DNA of 63,783 nt, counting the filler, from Basidiobolus ranarum (Eukaryota): the NCBI GenBank assembly GCA_040143965.1. It is 21 parts of 21 records of this genome, joined end to end, with 100 filler letters (N's around TTAATTAATTAA, not from the genome) between each part and the next. Parts side by side here need not be neighbours in the genome. Positions count along the whole stretch, not along the records: positions 36,561 to 39,500 come from JASJQH010009722.1; positions 39,601 to 42,539 come from JASJQH010009723.1; positions 42,640 to 45,577 come from JASJQH010009724.1; positions 45,678 to 48,614 come from JASJQH010009725.1; positions 48,715 to 51,650 come from JASJQH010009726.1; positions 51,751 to 54,685 come from JASJQH010009727.1; 15 more parts are not named here. One strand, written 5' to 3'. The translations under genes and the position numbers were made by a program. Positions 38,914-52,287 of the stretch are shown here, one piece after another (position 1 is the stretch's first letter; every line of letters starts with the position of its first letter). Below the pieces are notes generated by a model. It was not told the DNA's origin, made no database searches, and was given only the letters and a program-made list of their open reading frames with translations.

Positions 38914-39500
38914 TTAAGCTTTGTTCATCAGCACGTTTTCATCTTTGACATCCAAAAATATTCTAAATAATTCACTTGAGTTTTGGACTTGTCCATCCAT
39001 TCCTACTACCAATTTTGGATTGGGTGCTTCCTTGACTAACATTTGTCCATAACCCCAAGGTCTGAGTTTAGACATGCCAAATAATATTACCCATAAAACA
39101 ATTAAAGTCCCAGTAAAAAAATTTATTATGTCCATAATTGCGGAAGACCAGTTGTGACTTTTGTATTCTTTGGATGCTTTATAAGTATGGGGTATAATTT
39201 TTACAAGTCCATCACCAGTTTTATCAACCCCAATGTATAGCAAATCTGCATCAGAATAACTGATAACTTGTGTGTCCCAGTTTGTTACGAAAAAATATTC
39301 TTTCTTGTTGTTAAGTGATACTGTTTCAGAGATATCGTATCTAATTACTGGTATTTTGTTGTTGTCACAGGTAACATAACGTCCTCCTGCTTCATAATTA
39401 ACATAATAATACAGGTCACTTAGGGGGCATGAAAAGCACCAGATGGTGTAGACTTTATTTAGCTTAAATACTAATCTAAACAAAGTGACAATCAAGACAT
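38914..39500 (-). CDS. Membrane protein with C-terminal TM and LFG...L.PWG..Q motif, 5' truncated
   Basis: 193-aa intronless ORF with TM segment IINFFTGTLIVLWVILFG followed by MSKLRPWGYGQ. Confidence 0.7.
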
Positions 39501-39617
39501 NNNNNNNNNNNNNNNNNNNNNNNNNNNNNNNNNNNNNNNNNNNNTTAATTAATTAANNNNNNNNNNNNNNNNNNNNNNNNNNNNNNNNNNNNNNNNNNNN
39601 GGAAATTTGGTGCAATG

Positions 39618-40040
39618 TCATATTGCCACACATGTGTGCACTGTTAGCAATACACCAATATGAACAAAATTTATGGCCATATATACAATTGCCAAAACAG
39701 TTTCGAAACATTTGAGAACGTTAGATATAGCAATGTTAAGGTTGGTTAACTCGTCATCATTGAGAATAAGAGAATATGTTACAGAGGGTCCAAAAAGTGT
39801 ATAGGGAACAACTAAAAATGGTAGACTGAGTGGCGTTAATTCAGAAATACCCTTAACTATATGTAACAGACTTAATATAGCAACTGGCCCGAATATATAA
39901 ATAATAGTTGAATATCCATAAAGACCTATATTAAAATAACCAACCTCGTCTTGAAGCCATGAATTAATAATACATGCCCCGGTGCCAAGAATTGCAAATC
40001 TAAGAATGCAAAAAAATACAAATTTTAATTTTAGCAACAT
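39618..40040 (-). CDS. Hypothetical multi-pass membrane protein (140 aa)
   Basis: Complete ATG-to-stop intronless ORF with 3-4 hydrophobic segments; start context AATAAATG. Confidence 0.6.
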   Translation of the reverse strand: MLLKLKFVFFCILRFAILGTGACIINSWLQDEVGYFNIGLYGYSTIIYIFGPVAILSLLHIVKGISELTPLSLPFLVVPYTLFGPSVTYSLILNDDELTNLNIAISNVLKCFETVLAIVYMAINFVHIGVLLTVHTCVAI

Positions 40041-40229
40041 TTATTTGTTAAGTAACTAATAAGTTGTTGGTATGTAATATTTCATTAATAGTTATGATAA
40101 TAGGGGCCAATCAGATAGTTAAATGCCGAATTGGATTAATAACTAATAACATGCAAAATTTTTAATTAAATTAGTTTCATCCCGAAAAAAAATAAATCCA
40201 ACAGTTTCATCTCGAATAAATTTTTTTCT

Positions 40230-40362
40230 AAAACTATATTTTAATTTCGAGCAAACCATTTGGTTTAAATTTTTTAAAAACTATATTTTAACTTCGAGCA
40301 AACCATTTGGTTTAAATTTTTTAAAAAACTATATTTTAACTTCGAACAAACCATCTGGTTTA
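40230..40362. repeat. Three tandem 47-48-bp repeats with an internal palindrome
   Basis: AAAACTATATTTTAA(C/T)TTCGA(G/A)CAAACCAT(T/C)TGGTTTA at 40230, 40277 and 40325. Confidence 0.92.
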
Positions 40363-40365
40363 CCA

Positions 40366-41520
40366 TTACCAGAAAGTTGGAGAATAGTATGAAATCCAAG
40401 CCAAAATGTTTTGTGTTAGGGCTTCACCATTAAAAGTGTTATACCAGTTCCCAGGCTTTTTGCTCCTTTGGGATGAACTTCTATGTCCTGAATCATCCTC
40501 TGATGCAATTGGGGCTGAGATTTTGGTCAAACAGGGCTCAGACACAGCTGGAATTTGGTCAGGTACTTTGGGAATAGTGCTAATGGTGTTTTCTGGGTCA
40601 AGAACTGTGATGTAAAATAGAAAATATGCTCTCACTTCAAACCCACATTTCTGCACTTGATTAACTTCTGTTTTTTGGTATCAAATAATCTGTAGGCCTT
40701 AGATCCATCATAGTAGCTAAGAAATATGCACTTACTACTTTTTTGTTGCTATTTAGAGCTTACAACTAGCCTTCTGAATTTAGCTTATATATCATTGATG
40801 TAGCTGCTCCAATTTCTCTTGATAGTCTTGACAGTTCTTTTTGAAGCAAGTTCAATTCTAAGACATAGTTATATTTCCAAGAGATCTGTCATCTCAAATT
40901 GTGTGGAGAATTCCTTTCTAGTAGCTTTCACTTTCTTCTGATTGCTTGATACTAGGTTCAGATCATTCACCCATAAGGCAATGATCAAGCTGTAGTCTTA
41001 TGTGAACAAAGCTTAAAAACCTTAATTGGTTTTGCTATTTGCAACATTCTGTCTTACTGATATTGCTTTAATCTTTTTAAATCAACTTGCTGGTACTTGT
41101 TTCAATCTATGTGGAGATTTCTTTATTGGGTGTTTTAACTCAGGTTGCTTCTCATATCCAGGAGGTTGGACCATCTAAATCTCTTTGTGCAAGCAACTAT
41201 TCCCCCAATGCTGTCTCTTTATTCATTTGATATATATCCCAGTCATCTGAAGCTTCAATGGGTATTGGAAATCTGTTGAAAATATGTATTTCAATAGGCT
41301 CATAGATCCAATTAAAATCAGTGACTACAACTATAATTATTTTTTGGTAACAAGTCTTACCTTGTACTGGCTGGATGTTATATTTACATCTTGCTTAGTC
41401 TGAAACACCCATCAGCATCCAACAGTTTTTGGCCAGCAGGCAATTGAACCAAGTCCCAAGTTCCATGTAAGATTGCTATAATTCTGAAGTAGCTAAGAAT
41501 TACACATGGCTCAGTAAGCT
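40366..41520 (-). mobile_element. Rearranged degenerate Copia pol fragments (integrase tail, RT)
   Basis: SSKCIFLSYYDGSKAYRLFD (~40680-40740). RT remnants GTWDLVQLPAG, QYKVRLV, MVQPPGYE, FEMTDL. Confidence 0.75.
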
Positions 41521-41739
41521 AATATGGTATTTGTTAAAACTGCTAGATCAGATAACGCCTTATCCACTGATTACCAATCCAAGTATTGTATTAGAATCTA
41601 ACTTCTTAATAAAGGTATGGCATGGTCCATGGCAAAGACATGCTCAGGTGGAACAGTCAATATGATCATGTGACCCAATAGGAGGGAAGGGATAGGTTCA
41701 TGATGATAAATGTGTTTGAAACAAGATTTGGATTTGCGA

Positions 41740-42036
41740 ATTAGACACTCATGTTTTATTGAATTGAATATGTCCTATTTCTAGTTTACTATGAAATAGG
41801 ACTATTGGATGTGCTTAGATTATAACAAACATGCCTATTAAGCATGGATGAAGATTTGAGGTGATTTGGAGAAGTTTTGAGGAAATAGTGAAAATTGGCA
41901 AAAGTGATCTAATTGATATTTCTATCAAATAGAGCAATAAACTCATGCTTTTGAATGATAGAATAGAGTGCTACCTAGTCAGAATATGAATAAACTAACA
42001 ACTAAATCATGAGTTGCAATTTACCTAATTTCAACA
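41740..42036 (-). mobile_element. Copia family-B 3' LTR
   Basis: Minus-strand PPT-like TTGAGTAGGAA then TGTTGAAA at 42036; homologous to 36020-36294. Left boundary approximate. Confidence 0.75.
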
Positions 42037-42539
42037 TTCCTACTCAACTTATTATTTTGTATTTTTCTTAACCCTATCTTATGTCTTAATTTTTCAAATT
42101 GATCTTTAGCTAAAGGCTTGGTTAAGATATCAGCTATTATTCCTTTAATAGGGCAATGGACAAGTTGAATTTTATTATTCGCTATTGCTTGTCTAACAAA
42201 ATGATGCTTAATATTTATATGTTTTTTTCTAGCATGAAATGTAGGGTTTTTAGCTAATGAAATAGAACTTTGAATATCTTTAAATACAATAATAGCACGT
42301 TTTTGCATGTATCCTAAGTCTGTGAATAACTTCCTTAACCACATAGCTTCTTGTGTAGTAGCAATGGCTGCCATATACTCTGCTTCTGTAGTGGAAAGTG
42401 CTATGGGTGGTTGTTTCTTACCAATTCAGATTATGGCTCCATTACCATAGAGAAAAGTGTACCCAGTTGTTGATCTTCTATCATCAAGGTTTCTTCCCCA
42501 GTCTGCATCACTGTAGCCTTCAAGATTTTGTGCATCAGG
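42037..42539 (-). mobile_element. Copia RNase H C-terminus
   Basis: YSDADW, DDRRSTTGY, ALSTTEAEY, NPTFHAR.KHI.IKHHFVR, ADILTKPL. Confidence 0.92.
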
Positions 42540-43116
42540 NNNNNNNNNNNNNNNNNNNNNNNNNNNNNNNNNNNNNNNNNNNNTTAATTAATTAANNNNN
42601 NNNNNNNNNNNNNNNNNNNNNNNNNNNNNNNNNNNNNNNAAGTGTATACAAGACTACCGCTTGTCTGGATGAAAAGAAAGTGGCTGCGAGCATGTATACA
42701 CAATCTGGCATGAGGGAAGATCGGATGCTGGATTTACCTCTTGGGTTTGTCGCCCTACTGGTGCTGATGATACGACATCGTCTCCGAATAAGAACCTTCC
42801 ATTTGAAAGTATTACATAAAAATTTCAATTTATCTCAAACTAAACATAGCTCGGTAAAATTTGGGTAAAATCTCATGCCAATTTTTTGGGACCCAATTCT
42901 GAGCCCATAATTGTCAGACCTTATCGCTGACATTCCCGAACTTCTTAGTTGTGACGTAAATTCACTTTGGGCCAAAAACGTAACATTGTGCAAAAATCAT
43001 GCTTCAATAAAGATTCCGCTTTGTGAACTCGATGTTCCTATCTATGGAAATTGTGGTTGAGAATCCCGTAATTTTGGGACAGTTGGAAGGTACGAAGTCA
43101 TTGGCTCCGGCAATAA

Positions 43117-43806
<690 letters not shown>

Positions 43807-46073
43807 ATCACCCCTGTGCACTAACCCACCTCGCTCGCATTCAAGAATCTTCCTTGCATTCATGATCATCCATCGCAGTATACGATAGCAAAGATATGCT
43901 AGCGAAACTTGACAACCTGTAGTTGACCTCTATGCTAGCACTAATTGCGCATATCGTCTAGTTGAATATCCATCGCTAGAGTTCTATCCACTCAGAAGGA
44001 GATTCCATGCCTGTACATATTTCCTATTTCAGCCACTAGTCAACTTTGTTTAGATTCATTTGAAAATCCAGCCCTTTGTTACAATTACATATGGAATAAA
44101 TCCGTCACTCCTATATCACCCCATGTATCACGAACACCATCACCGCTCAGTTGCCCATGATATTCTTGAAAAAGCTAAACATGTATAAAGTATATAAGTC
44201 CTACTGATATCTGGGCCAACTAATAAATTAAAATGAATACGTTAAGACTATTTAGTATCTCGGCACAGAATGGGATTTCTGAGGGATTCAGTCTGGAACG
44301 TCTGAGATAAACACAAGTATAACATATGGGGAGCTCCAGTAGTAAACTCCCGTCGAGCCTATCGGAGGGCAGATCGCTTACTCCTCACCCAATTGCTACC
44401 CCGTGTTGATTGGCGGGATGGATCGGTTTGAAAATCAAACTTGGCTGCTTTCATATGACAGGTTTGACCAACGGATCTGAAACACAAGAAGAGTACTATC
44501 GGATGGCGCTCGTTATGGAAGGTGTGTTGTAGTATCTGTATGCTTTATTGCGATGGATACCCCGACAAGTTATTGAGACATTTCTCCAAATCCATGGTTA
44601 GGCTCAAAATAGATTTGTCAAGCCAAACACAGAGCAGATGGCGGTGCCTCGCCGCTTAACACGACTGTTCTACAGTTTTATCATTTAGATGGGTTGCATG
44701 CTTATTGTAACAGCATCAGACCGTGAATCCCAATCTCCTGGTAATCTGGAGATCAGCCGATTCAGGCAGAGCATCCATAGGAGTAGTCCCATCCATCGCT
44801 GCATAAGGGAATTCCTGGTGAGATACGGCTATCAAGCAGCACTTTCCACGTACACCAGATCCATCGAACATTCAGTAGCATCGAGGAAAAAGACCATCTG
44901 TTGCGAGCGGATTATCACCTGAAAATGGAGGGGTGTACTACGTTCCGATGAATGCTGTGATCTGTCCCTGGATGAACAAAATGAAAGCACATTAGAAATT
45001 GGGGTTTGTTTACCTTTGCTTGATCCTAGGCAGATAGTGATATGTCAGGTCTGAGCCTCCTCACTCATCAACAAGCGATGCAAACCATATCACTCGACGT
45101 GGATAATGTAGCATGACATGGTGTTGTCGAAGCGATTGAACTTCTGATGTACTTCGGCTGGAAGCGTCAATAACCCGCTGCTATTAGAGGATGCGCCATG
45201 AACATCTACTGCGTTTGGAAATTCACCAGCTGTTACCAAACCTCTGCAGACCCTAATGGCCGTTGAGGTTGTATCACGTTTACTAGTTCCGTTTTTATCA
45301 AAATCAGAGAGGTCCATTCGGCAAAAAACCTGATCTGATCAAGACTATCGGTAGACCGCTATTCCACCAAAGCAATTGTCAAAGAAAAAAAGGATCGGGG
45401 TGCATTCTTTACTGGAAAATGAATTTGATATCAATTAGGTGCTTTCAAATCCAATTCCTAGGTAATGCTGAATCCCGCCAACGTACGAACAACCGTTAGC
45501 CATCGTACATGATCGTATACAAGCATGTTTGATTGGTAATGCTCATTATAAATCTGTCATTAGTGGAGGGTGGTTGGNNNNNNNNNNNNNNNNNNNNNNN
45601 NNNNNNNNNNNNNNNNNNNNNTTAATTAATTAANNNNNNNNNNNNNNNNNNNNNNNNNNNNNNNNNNNNNNNNNNNNTTGTGTCAAATTTTCTGGTTCAG
45701 AAAAGACTACATGTAAGGCTATATTCCACCCTTTTTCACAATTGAATCTATGGATTTCATGCTCCAATTTAAGACATCTAAAGTCCTTGGTAAAAAGGTC
45801 AGATATTTCACTTAAAGGATGTTTCTAATTTTCACTCATTACAATTTCTGAGTCCAAATTATCTGAATTTTGAGATTGATGAAATACTTGTGATTGATTG
45901 CATACTTCCAATACTTTATTACATCCAATATCAGTCATATTAAGAGTAGGATATTGCTTGGATACAAGACTGGTCATAAATTATTGCCTTGTTTCTGAGC
46001 CCAACTTCCCAATTCCTTATTGGCTTGACAGGTATCCTTTTTCTAATTGAGTCAAGTATAGCAAGCTGGAGGC

Positions 46074-46420
46074 TGTTAAAGTATTTGGGAGCTAGTTGGA
46101 AGTGGTTTGGACAATTTGAGAAATTGGTAGTTTTCACTTGTTGATTTATTGAGTAGAAAGTTGACATTGTCAGTTTTGTCAGGATGTAAGCAAAAAAATG
46201 TGTAGAATGTATTAAGTAAGGTCCCAGCAACATATGTATGAAGATTGGGGCTTCCAGCACAAGTTTGAAAATCTATATATCTGAGAACTTCTAGGTTAGT
46301 AGAAGTTTTCCAAGTAAACTCCAATTGACAATAATGGATAAGATCTTAGTGAAATATAAGATAACTAAGTACTAAGCTATATATGACTATACAGGTGTTT
46401 AGGCAATGCTAAATGCATCA
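46074..46420 (-). mobile_element. Copia family-A solo LTR
   Basis: Full-length match to 4026-4371; no TSD recognisable. Confidence 0.88.
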
Positions 46421-46699
46421 CTGATCACCATATGTTTCATGGGCAGAGAGAATATGCCAATTTGCAGAAGCTGGTTCTAAATAATTGATATCTTCAGATT
46501 AAGTATCAGGTTTCCTGATACAAATTGGTGCATTTCCAATATTGGCTAATGCTTCACTACTTGTTTAGCTGCTTGATTCCAGAATAGCATATCATAGTTT
46601 ATTATTCTTGGTTTTAGTACTTGTAGTGAAGTCTGAGACAGGATGATTGCTAGTTGGTTTTTTGCTAGGAATATTCACAATGGGATGGGTAATGATTTG

Positions 46700-48220
46700 A
46701 GCTTGATCATATATTCATATATCTGGAGTTGATGATTTGATTTGTGCCAGCAATTAGGAGACAATAGCCTTTATTCTAATATCCTATAGGACACACTTAT
46801 TCATCTTTTTATCTAATTTCGTATGCTGAGACTTAGGAATACAAGCATATATAGTTGATCCAAATATTTTGAGAGGAATCAGAGTAGGCCTGTTTCCAGT
46901 CCAGATTTCAATAGGAGTTTTAGAGTCATATTTGCTATGTGTAGGACCTCTATTTTGGAGATATGTAACTCTTAAAGTATCTTCACTCCAATAGGTCTTA
47001 AGCAGATCTGAATCAATCAGCATTGTACATGCTTTCTCCACTAAAGTCCTATTCATCCTTTTGGCAACTATATTTTGTTCTGCACTATTTGGAATAGTAA
47101 GTTGCTGCTGAATTTTCATTTCTAGACAATAGCTAGACATGGCTCCATTGGTAAATTCTATTCCATTATCATTAGATTTTTAATTTTTCTTCCTGTTACA
47201 GCTGTGACCATTGCTTCATATATGTTAAAATAATGAAACACTTCTCCTTTGCATGACAGAAGATAGGAAACTGTGAAGTGTAATTTATCATGAACAAAGA
47301 GGCATAAATATTGTTGCTGACTTGGTGCTAGAGTTTGAATTAGGCCACATAAGTCTGTATGAAATCAGTTCCAATAAGTCCTTGGTTCTGCTAGTAACTT
47401 CTTATGCAAATGGTTTTCTGGCATTTTCCCTTGAATAAAGTTTGCACATTTGGTATATATGAGGGCTTGAGATCCATTCTAGTACATAAGATATTTTAAA
47501 TAATAGTTTGACACTATTGTTGTTCAGATGGCCCAAGCACTGATGCCAAGCCATCAAGTTTCCACAAGTACCTGTTGCAAAATTAAAAGAGTCTTAGTTG
47601 TTGGTGCAATATCCAGGCAACAAAGATTGTCATTTCTTGTTCCAGTTGCTACTATCAAGTCCTTTGATATGTATATGGTTGCTTTTCCTTGGCTGAATTT
47701 GAAATAGTGTTTCTTTACAATTGCTCCAATTGGAAAAGGTTTGTTGTAAGTAATGGAATATATACAACAACTTCCCAAGTCACCCTCAAACTTTTGGTTT
47801 TATTTATTTGTACATCAAGTGTCACCTTGCCCATTCCATTTGCAACCAGCTTGCTTCCTCCAGCTACAGTAATGTCCAGAGGCTCTATTTCTTTATAGTA
47901 ATGCATCATGTTTCCATTGTGAATCAGGCAAACACTTGCACTAGAATCCAGAATCTGTATATCAGCCAAGTAAATTCCAAATGTAGAGGTTGCCATAAGA
48001 TCAATGTGCTCATTTCCTCTCTTAGTAGTGTTATAAGCTTCCTGTTTCTTTGGAAACCTGATAACATGCTACATCTTCCGGTTTTGATATTTGTAGCATT
48101 TCATAGTGCTCCTCTCTGGTTGACTATTTCAGAATGAAATTCTTGTGTAGTTTGTATCTCATCTGTGGGCTGACCTTGGTCTTTCCTTACAAATTCTTCT
48201 TGACATTAACAAGTAATCAC
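46700..48220 (-). mobile_element. Degenerate Copia protease-integrase
   Basis: ILDSSAS, WHQCLGH, HTDLCG, P.S.EQN.VA.RMNRTLVEKA..ML, KIFGS..YA.IPK. Confidence 0.85.
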
Positions 48221-48845
48221 ATCAGGTAAATATAATAAATTTTTGAATATTTTGAAAAAATATAAATGATGAATCATAGGTAGAGCTCAAATCTGTTACA
48301 TGCTCTCTTAGTCATATTGCTTCTTTTTTTGCTTCACCAACATCAATCATTCTGCTTCTGATGAAGAAAGTGCTAGCATAGGCTGTTACTTCAAATTCCA
48401 TGAAATTGCTCCATTGCGGCAAAGAAATAAGTATTCTGTTGGAAACCCTCCATCTTCAATATCTCCAAGTTGCATCTGAATTTCCCATTAGATTGAAGTT
48501 TGGTCTGGGATACATGTGTTTTAAGCACATATCTATGGTATCTTGTAAATATCTCAAAATCTAGTAAACTGATATGAATCAATCAGATCCATAACTTTTT
48601 CAGATATTAACACANNNNNNNNNNNNNNNNNNNNNNNNNNNNNNNNNNNNNNNNNNNNTTAATTAATTAANNNNNNNNNNNNNNNNNNNNNNNNNNNNNN
48701 NNNNNNNNNNNNNNGCTTCTATCTAGAACCTGAGGCGTCTATACTGCCCCATATCAACTGACAAATATTGACAAACTCAATGCGCATGTATGTGCACTTA
48801 GTAACTATATGCTTTGTAATTTGAAATCCAGTCGTGGAGCAAAAA

Positions 48846-48918
48846 CGAGGCGCATGGGACTCGAACCCACAATCCCCAGATCCGAAGTCTGATGCCTTAT
48901 CCATTAGGCCAACGCCCC
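48846..48918 (-). tRNA. tRNA-Arg (anticodon UCG)
   Basis: GGGGCGT acceptor stem, D-loop TAATGGATAA, anticodon loop CT-TCG-GA, GGTTCGAGTCC T-loop, followed by a T5 Pol III terminator. Confidence 0.95.
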
Positions 48919-50239
48919 AAGTACAATCTAATGAGTCTGGTTCCTGGCGTGAGTGCAATTTCGGGACTTGATTCGCTGATATATTGACTGATTAACTTTA
49001 TTTCGATTGTGCTATTTTTATAGGGTTGATCAGGGGAAAATGGAGTGCCATTCCTGCCGGATTTGGGAGTGTGCTAATTTCGAAACATGTATGCCTGACA
49101 ATTTAGTCTCCGCTGTCGGTTCGTGCTGAAATCGATACCTAGATTAGAATAATAGTAGGGAGGTATCTCCCTAAAGTTTAGTAATGACTCGTCCAGTAGT
49201 TCTCGAGATATATGGATTTCTTTTTTTTGTTTCGGTGATTGCGAGGCGTGTGGGAAAGGTGTGAACATGAAACTTGGTTGAGGTCGAGGTTTGTTTATGC
49301 ACTATATGTGTGCAAAAATATTGAGCTGATTGAGACATTATGTTGTCTTTGAAATTGCCATCGCTTTTTGTCTGAAAATCCAATTTCGTAACAAATCTTT
49401 AAAGCTAGGTTTCTAAGGTGTAGGATTCTCTGATAAATGGATTGATTAACTTTATTTCAATATAGTTCATTTGCTAGTATTTACAACCATAATTTCAGTG
49501 ACTGTTGACTACTTTGTGGTTGTCACTTTTGATTTCAAACTTATATATCACCCAGAAGCTTAGCAGATGGTAAAGAGCAGCATGATAACTCCAAAGCATT
49601 GTAAGCAATAACATGATCGAGTTATATTTACAAGATACTTTAATGTTTGTCAAATTATGCAACGAATGATCGAAATTAAGCCAGTGGCTTGGTCAATGTG
49701 TGCATAAATTTTGTTTACATGTATCAAGTAATACAATGATCCCTTATTCATTTTCTCAAAGTTTTGTAGAATAGTACTGTTTGTCATTTTTGGGAACAAG
49801 TATCAGAGTAAGATAGGAATTTGTATGGTATATCTTACATTTTGAATCCGGTTTATGGCAGGACTATAGTAAATTAGCGCTTTGAATAGATTTGTTGGTC
49901 TGCTCTACAACGACTCTGGCAAGAGATCACTCATTTATACTAATAATTATACTCGTTCAATCCTTACTTGTGATCATAATCAGAGCTATAGTAGTATGGT
50001 AGCTTGTTTATGTCACAAATCTCCCCTGTACATTCGTTTCTGTACTAGCGAGCAGTTCACTTCACTTGGTAAACATTAGTGAGCTACTAAGTAATAATGC
50101 ATTTGATAGCGATGCCCGAATCTGTGAATTGGTTTTTTGTGTACCAAGAGACTCAGTAAAAGGGCTTACAAACGATAATTGTGTTTGTACTTGTGTGACT
50201 ACATGAGATAAACTATAAAAACAGTTATAGAAGCAAAAA

Positions 50240-50312
50240 CGAGGCGCATGGGACTCGAACCCACAATCCCCAGATCCGAAGTCTGATGCCTTATCCATTA
50301 GGCCAACGCCCC
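50240..50312 (-). tRNA. tRNA-Arg (anticodon UCG), identical second copy
   Basis: Same 73 nt as 48846-48918, with a T5 terminator. Confidence 0.95.
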
Positions 50313-51750
50313 AATTACAATCATTATAATAATAATTGATGTGACATGCCACGTTACCCAGAGAGGGATCTTGCTATCATCGTCTCCGCATTGCTAAATG
50401 TATCCTACTGTGGAGCTGAATGCAATCGTTAAAGTCACTTTAATACTGCTACTGTTTATTTGATGACTTACTACAACTCCTATGTAGCCGACAGTTTTTC
50501 AAATTTCGAAAGTCATAAGGATAATACGGAGGATTAAAAAGAGACTTATGTTGCTCGAGAAGTGTTAAATAATTATGAGGGACTTGTGAGTAGGTTGTAT
50601 ATAATGTCATACTCGTACTTTCGATATTCTCATGATTTTAAAGCATCATTATATAACCTATCCATACTGCTGGCACGAAACTATAATAATACGATGAATT
50701 TGCATTGAGAATGAATCTAGAGAGCCAAGTATAATGCCTCATGATAAGAGTGTTTGTGGTGACTGTTTGAATCATATTCCTAATTTTTTATAGTATGTTT
50801 TCAATTCACATTCAATATGGACTATGCTCGTAGCATTCATTGATATACACCATTCGTCTCATACATACCCCAGAAAAAATAAATAATGTACCTTTAGTAT
50901 AGAGAACAGGATGTTTAAAAACGGCAAGTGAGTAAAGTAAGTTGTCAACAGGGTTCAATATGTCCATAGAATCCTTAACAACCAACATGACATAGTTTTT
51001 CTCAGGTGAAAGTAATATCAATTATGATATGATGAAAAGGAATCGTCTAAGAATAGCGAAATTCACCTCTGTAGGTGAAATACATTCAAAACTGAAACAT
51101 CACTTTAGGAAAATATGGTAGATGAAACAGGCTCCGCTCACGTAAGATTCATAGTCAAATAATTTGATAAATTACATCTAACTCCATTGCAATCTGTTAG
51201 ATCTGGATCATTGTTTCCGATTATAGCAATAATGATCCAAATACAGGAGAACACAATACAAGTATTTTCTCATATCCGGTTTATGGAACAATAATTGAGT
51301 AACGGACTGCAACTTATATTGATCCTCTTCTCAAGGTATTGTGATATAAATAGTTTATGTTCAAAGCACGTTGCACCTACAAAGGGATCAGTAAATTCTT
51401 AAGTAATCGATGTCAACTGACAAAGTTGCCCTCAATGAGGTTACAACTTAATATCAGATACGAATCTCTCAGATCTTTGACTGCAGCAATTAGTGCTCAT
51501 TTGATGCGTTTATTCCTCATCCAGAGGTGTGCCTCACCTTTTGGGGAAATCATTGAAAATATTCCGATACTAACCGAAGTTACTTGGTAGCAGGTTTAAT
51601 GATAGAATATTTATTGAAATAAATTAGTTTTCTAAAAAGTGGTCATTAGANNNNNNNNNNNNNNNNNNNNNNNNNNNNNNNNNNNNNNNNNNNNTTAATT
51701 AATTAANNNNNNNNNNNNNNNNNNNNNNNNNNNNNNNNNNNNNNNNNNNN

Positions 51751-52287
51751 CTTTTGGTTATACTGATCAGCAGCCATGGGTGAAACCAAAGGCTTGATAC
51801 CACCAGTACCCAAACCGATGATGAAAAGTGAGACGATGTAGCCGGGATAACCAGCAGTGAACATGATAGAAGGAATAGCGGTAACTGTCAAAACGAGCCA
51901 TCCGAGTAAATAAATAGAAGAGAAAATTAAGATGGCCTTGTATTTTCCAAGATACTGATCAGCAACAACAGCACCAATCAAAGGAGTCAAGTAACAGAAA
52001 AAGGTGAAGAACTGCTTCCAGGCAGTAGAAGTAGCTTGGCCCATATTAAGAGCACCAGCTTGTTTAGGGTCTCCAGCAGGAAACTGAATGTAGTTGGTGA
52101 AAGGGGCAGAACCACCATAGTAGGCGAAACGCTCACAGAATTCGTTGACGACAACGAACCAAGCAGCTAGAGGAATCTTTCCGGCTACTCTGCGTAAGCC
52201 ATCCATATCGGCATCACTGGCTGTGCGGATATCGCCTTCTTCATGGCCTATATCCCGGGAATCTGTTTTGATCTCTTTGTCGAGCAT
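51751..52287 (-). CDS. PTR2: POT/PTR family peptide transporter, 5' part
   Basis: EFCERFAYYG (ExxERFxYYG), P..GA.VADQYLGKY, IGLGTGGIKP.VSP..ADQ. Confidence 0.93.

Noticed and set aside
44689-44970. Possible Tc1/mariner remnant (…GVLRSDE…)
   Set aside because: A single weak motif needing a frameshift; no TIRs or other catalytic motifs found.
48719-50352. ORFs 48719-48958 and 50062-50352 sharing a peptide
   Set aside because: The shared peptide is simply the translated tRNA-Arg sequence.
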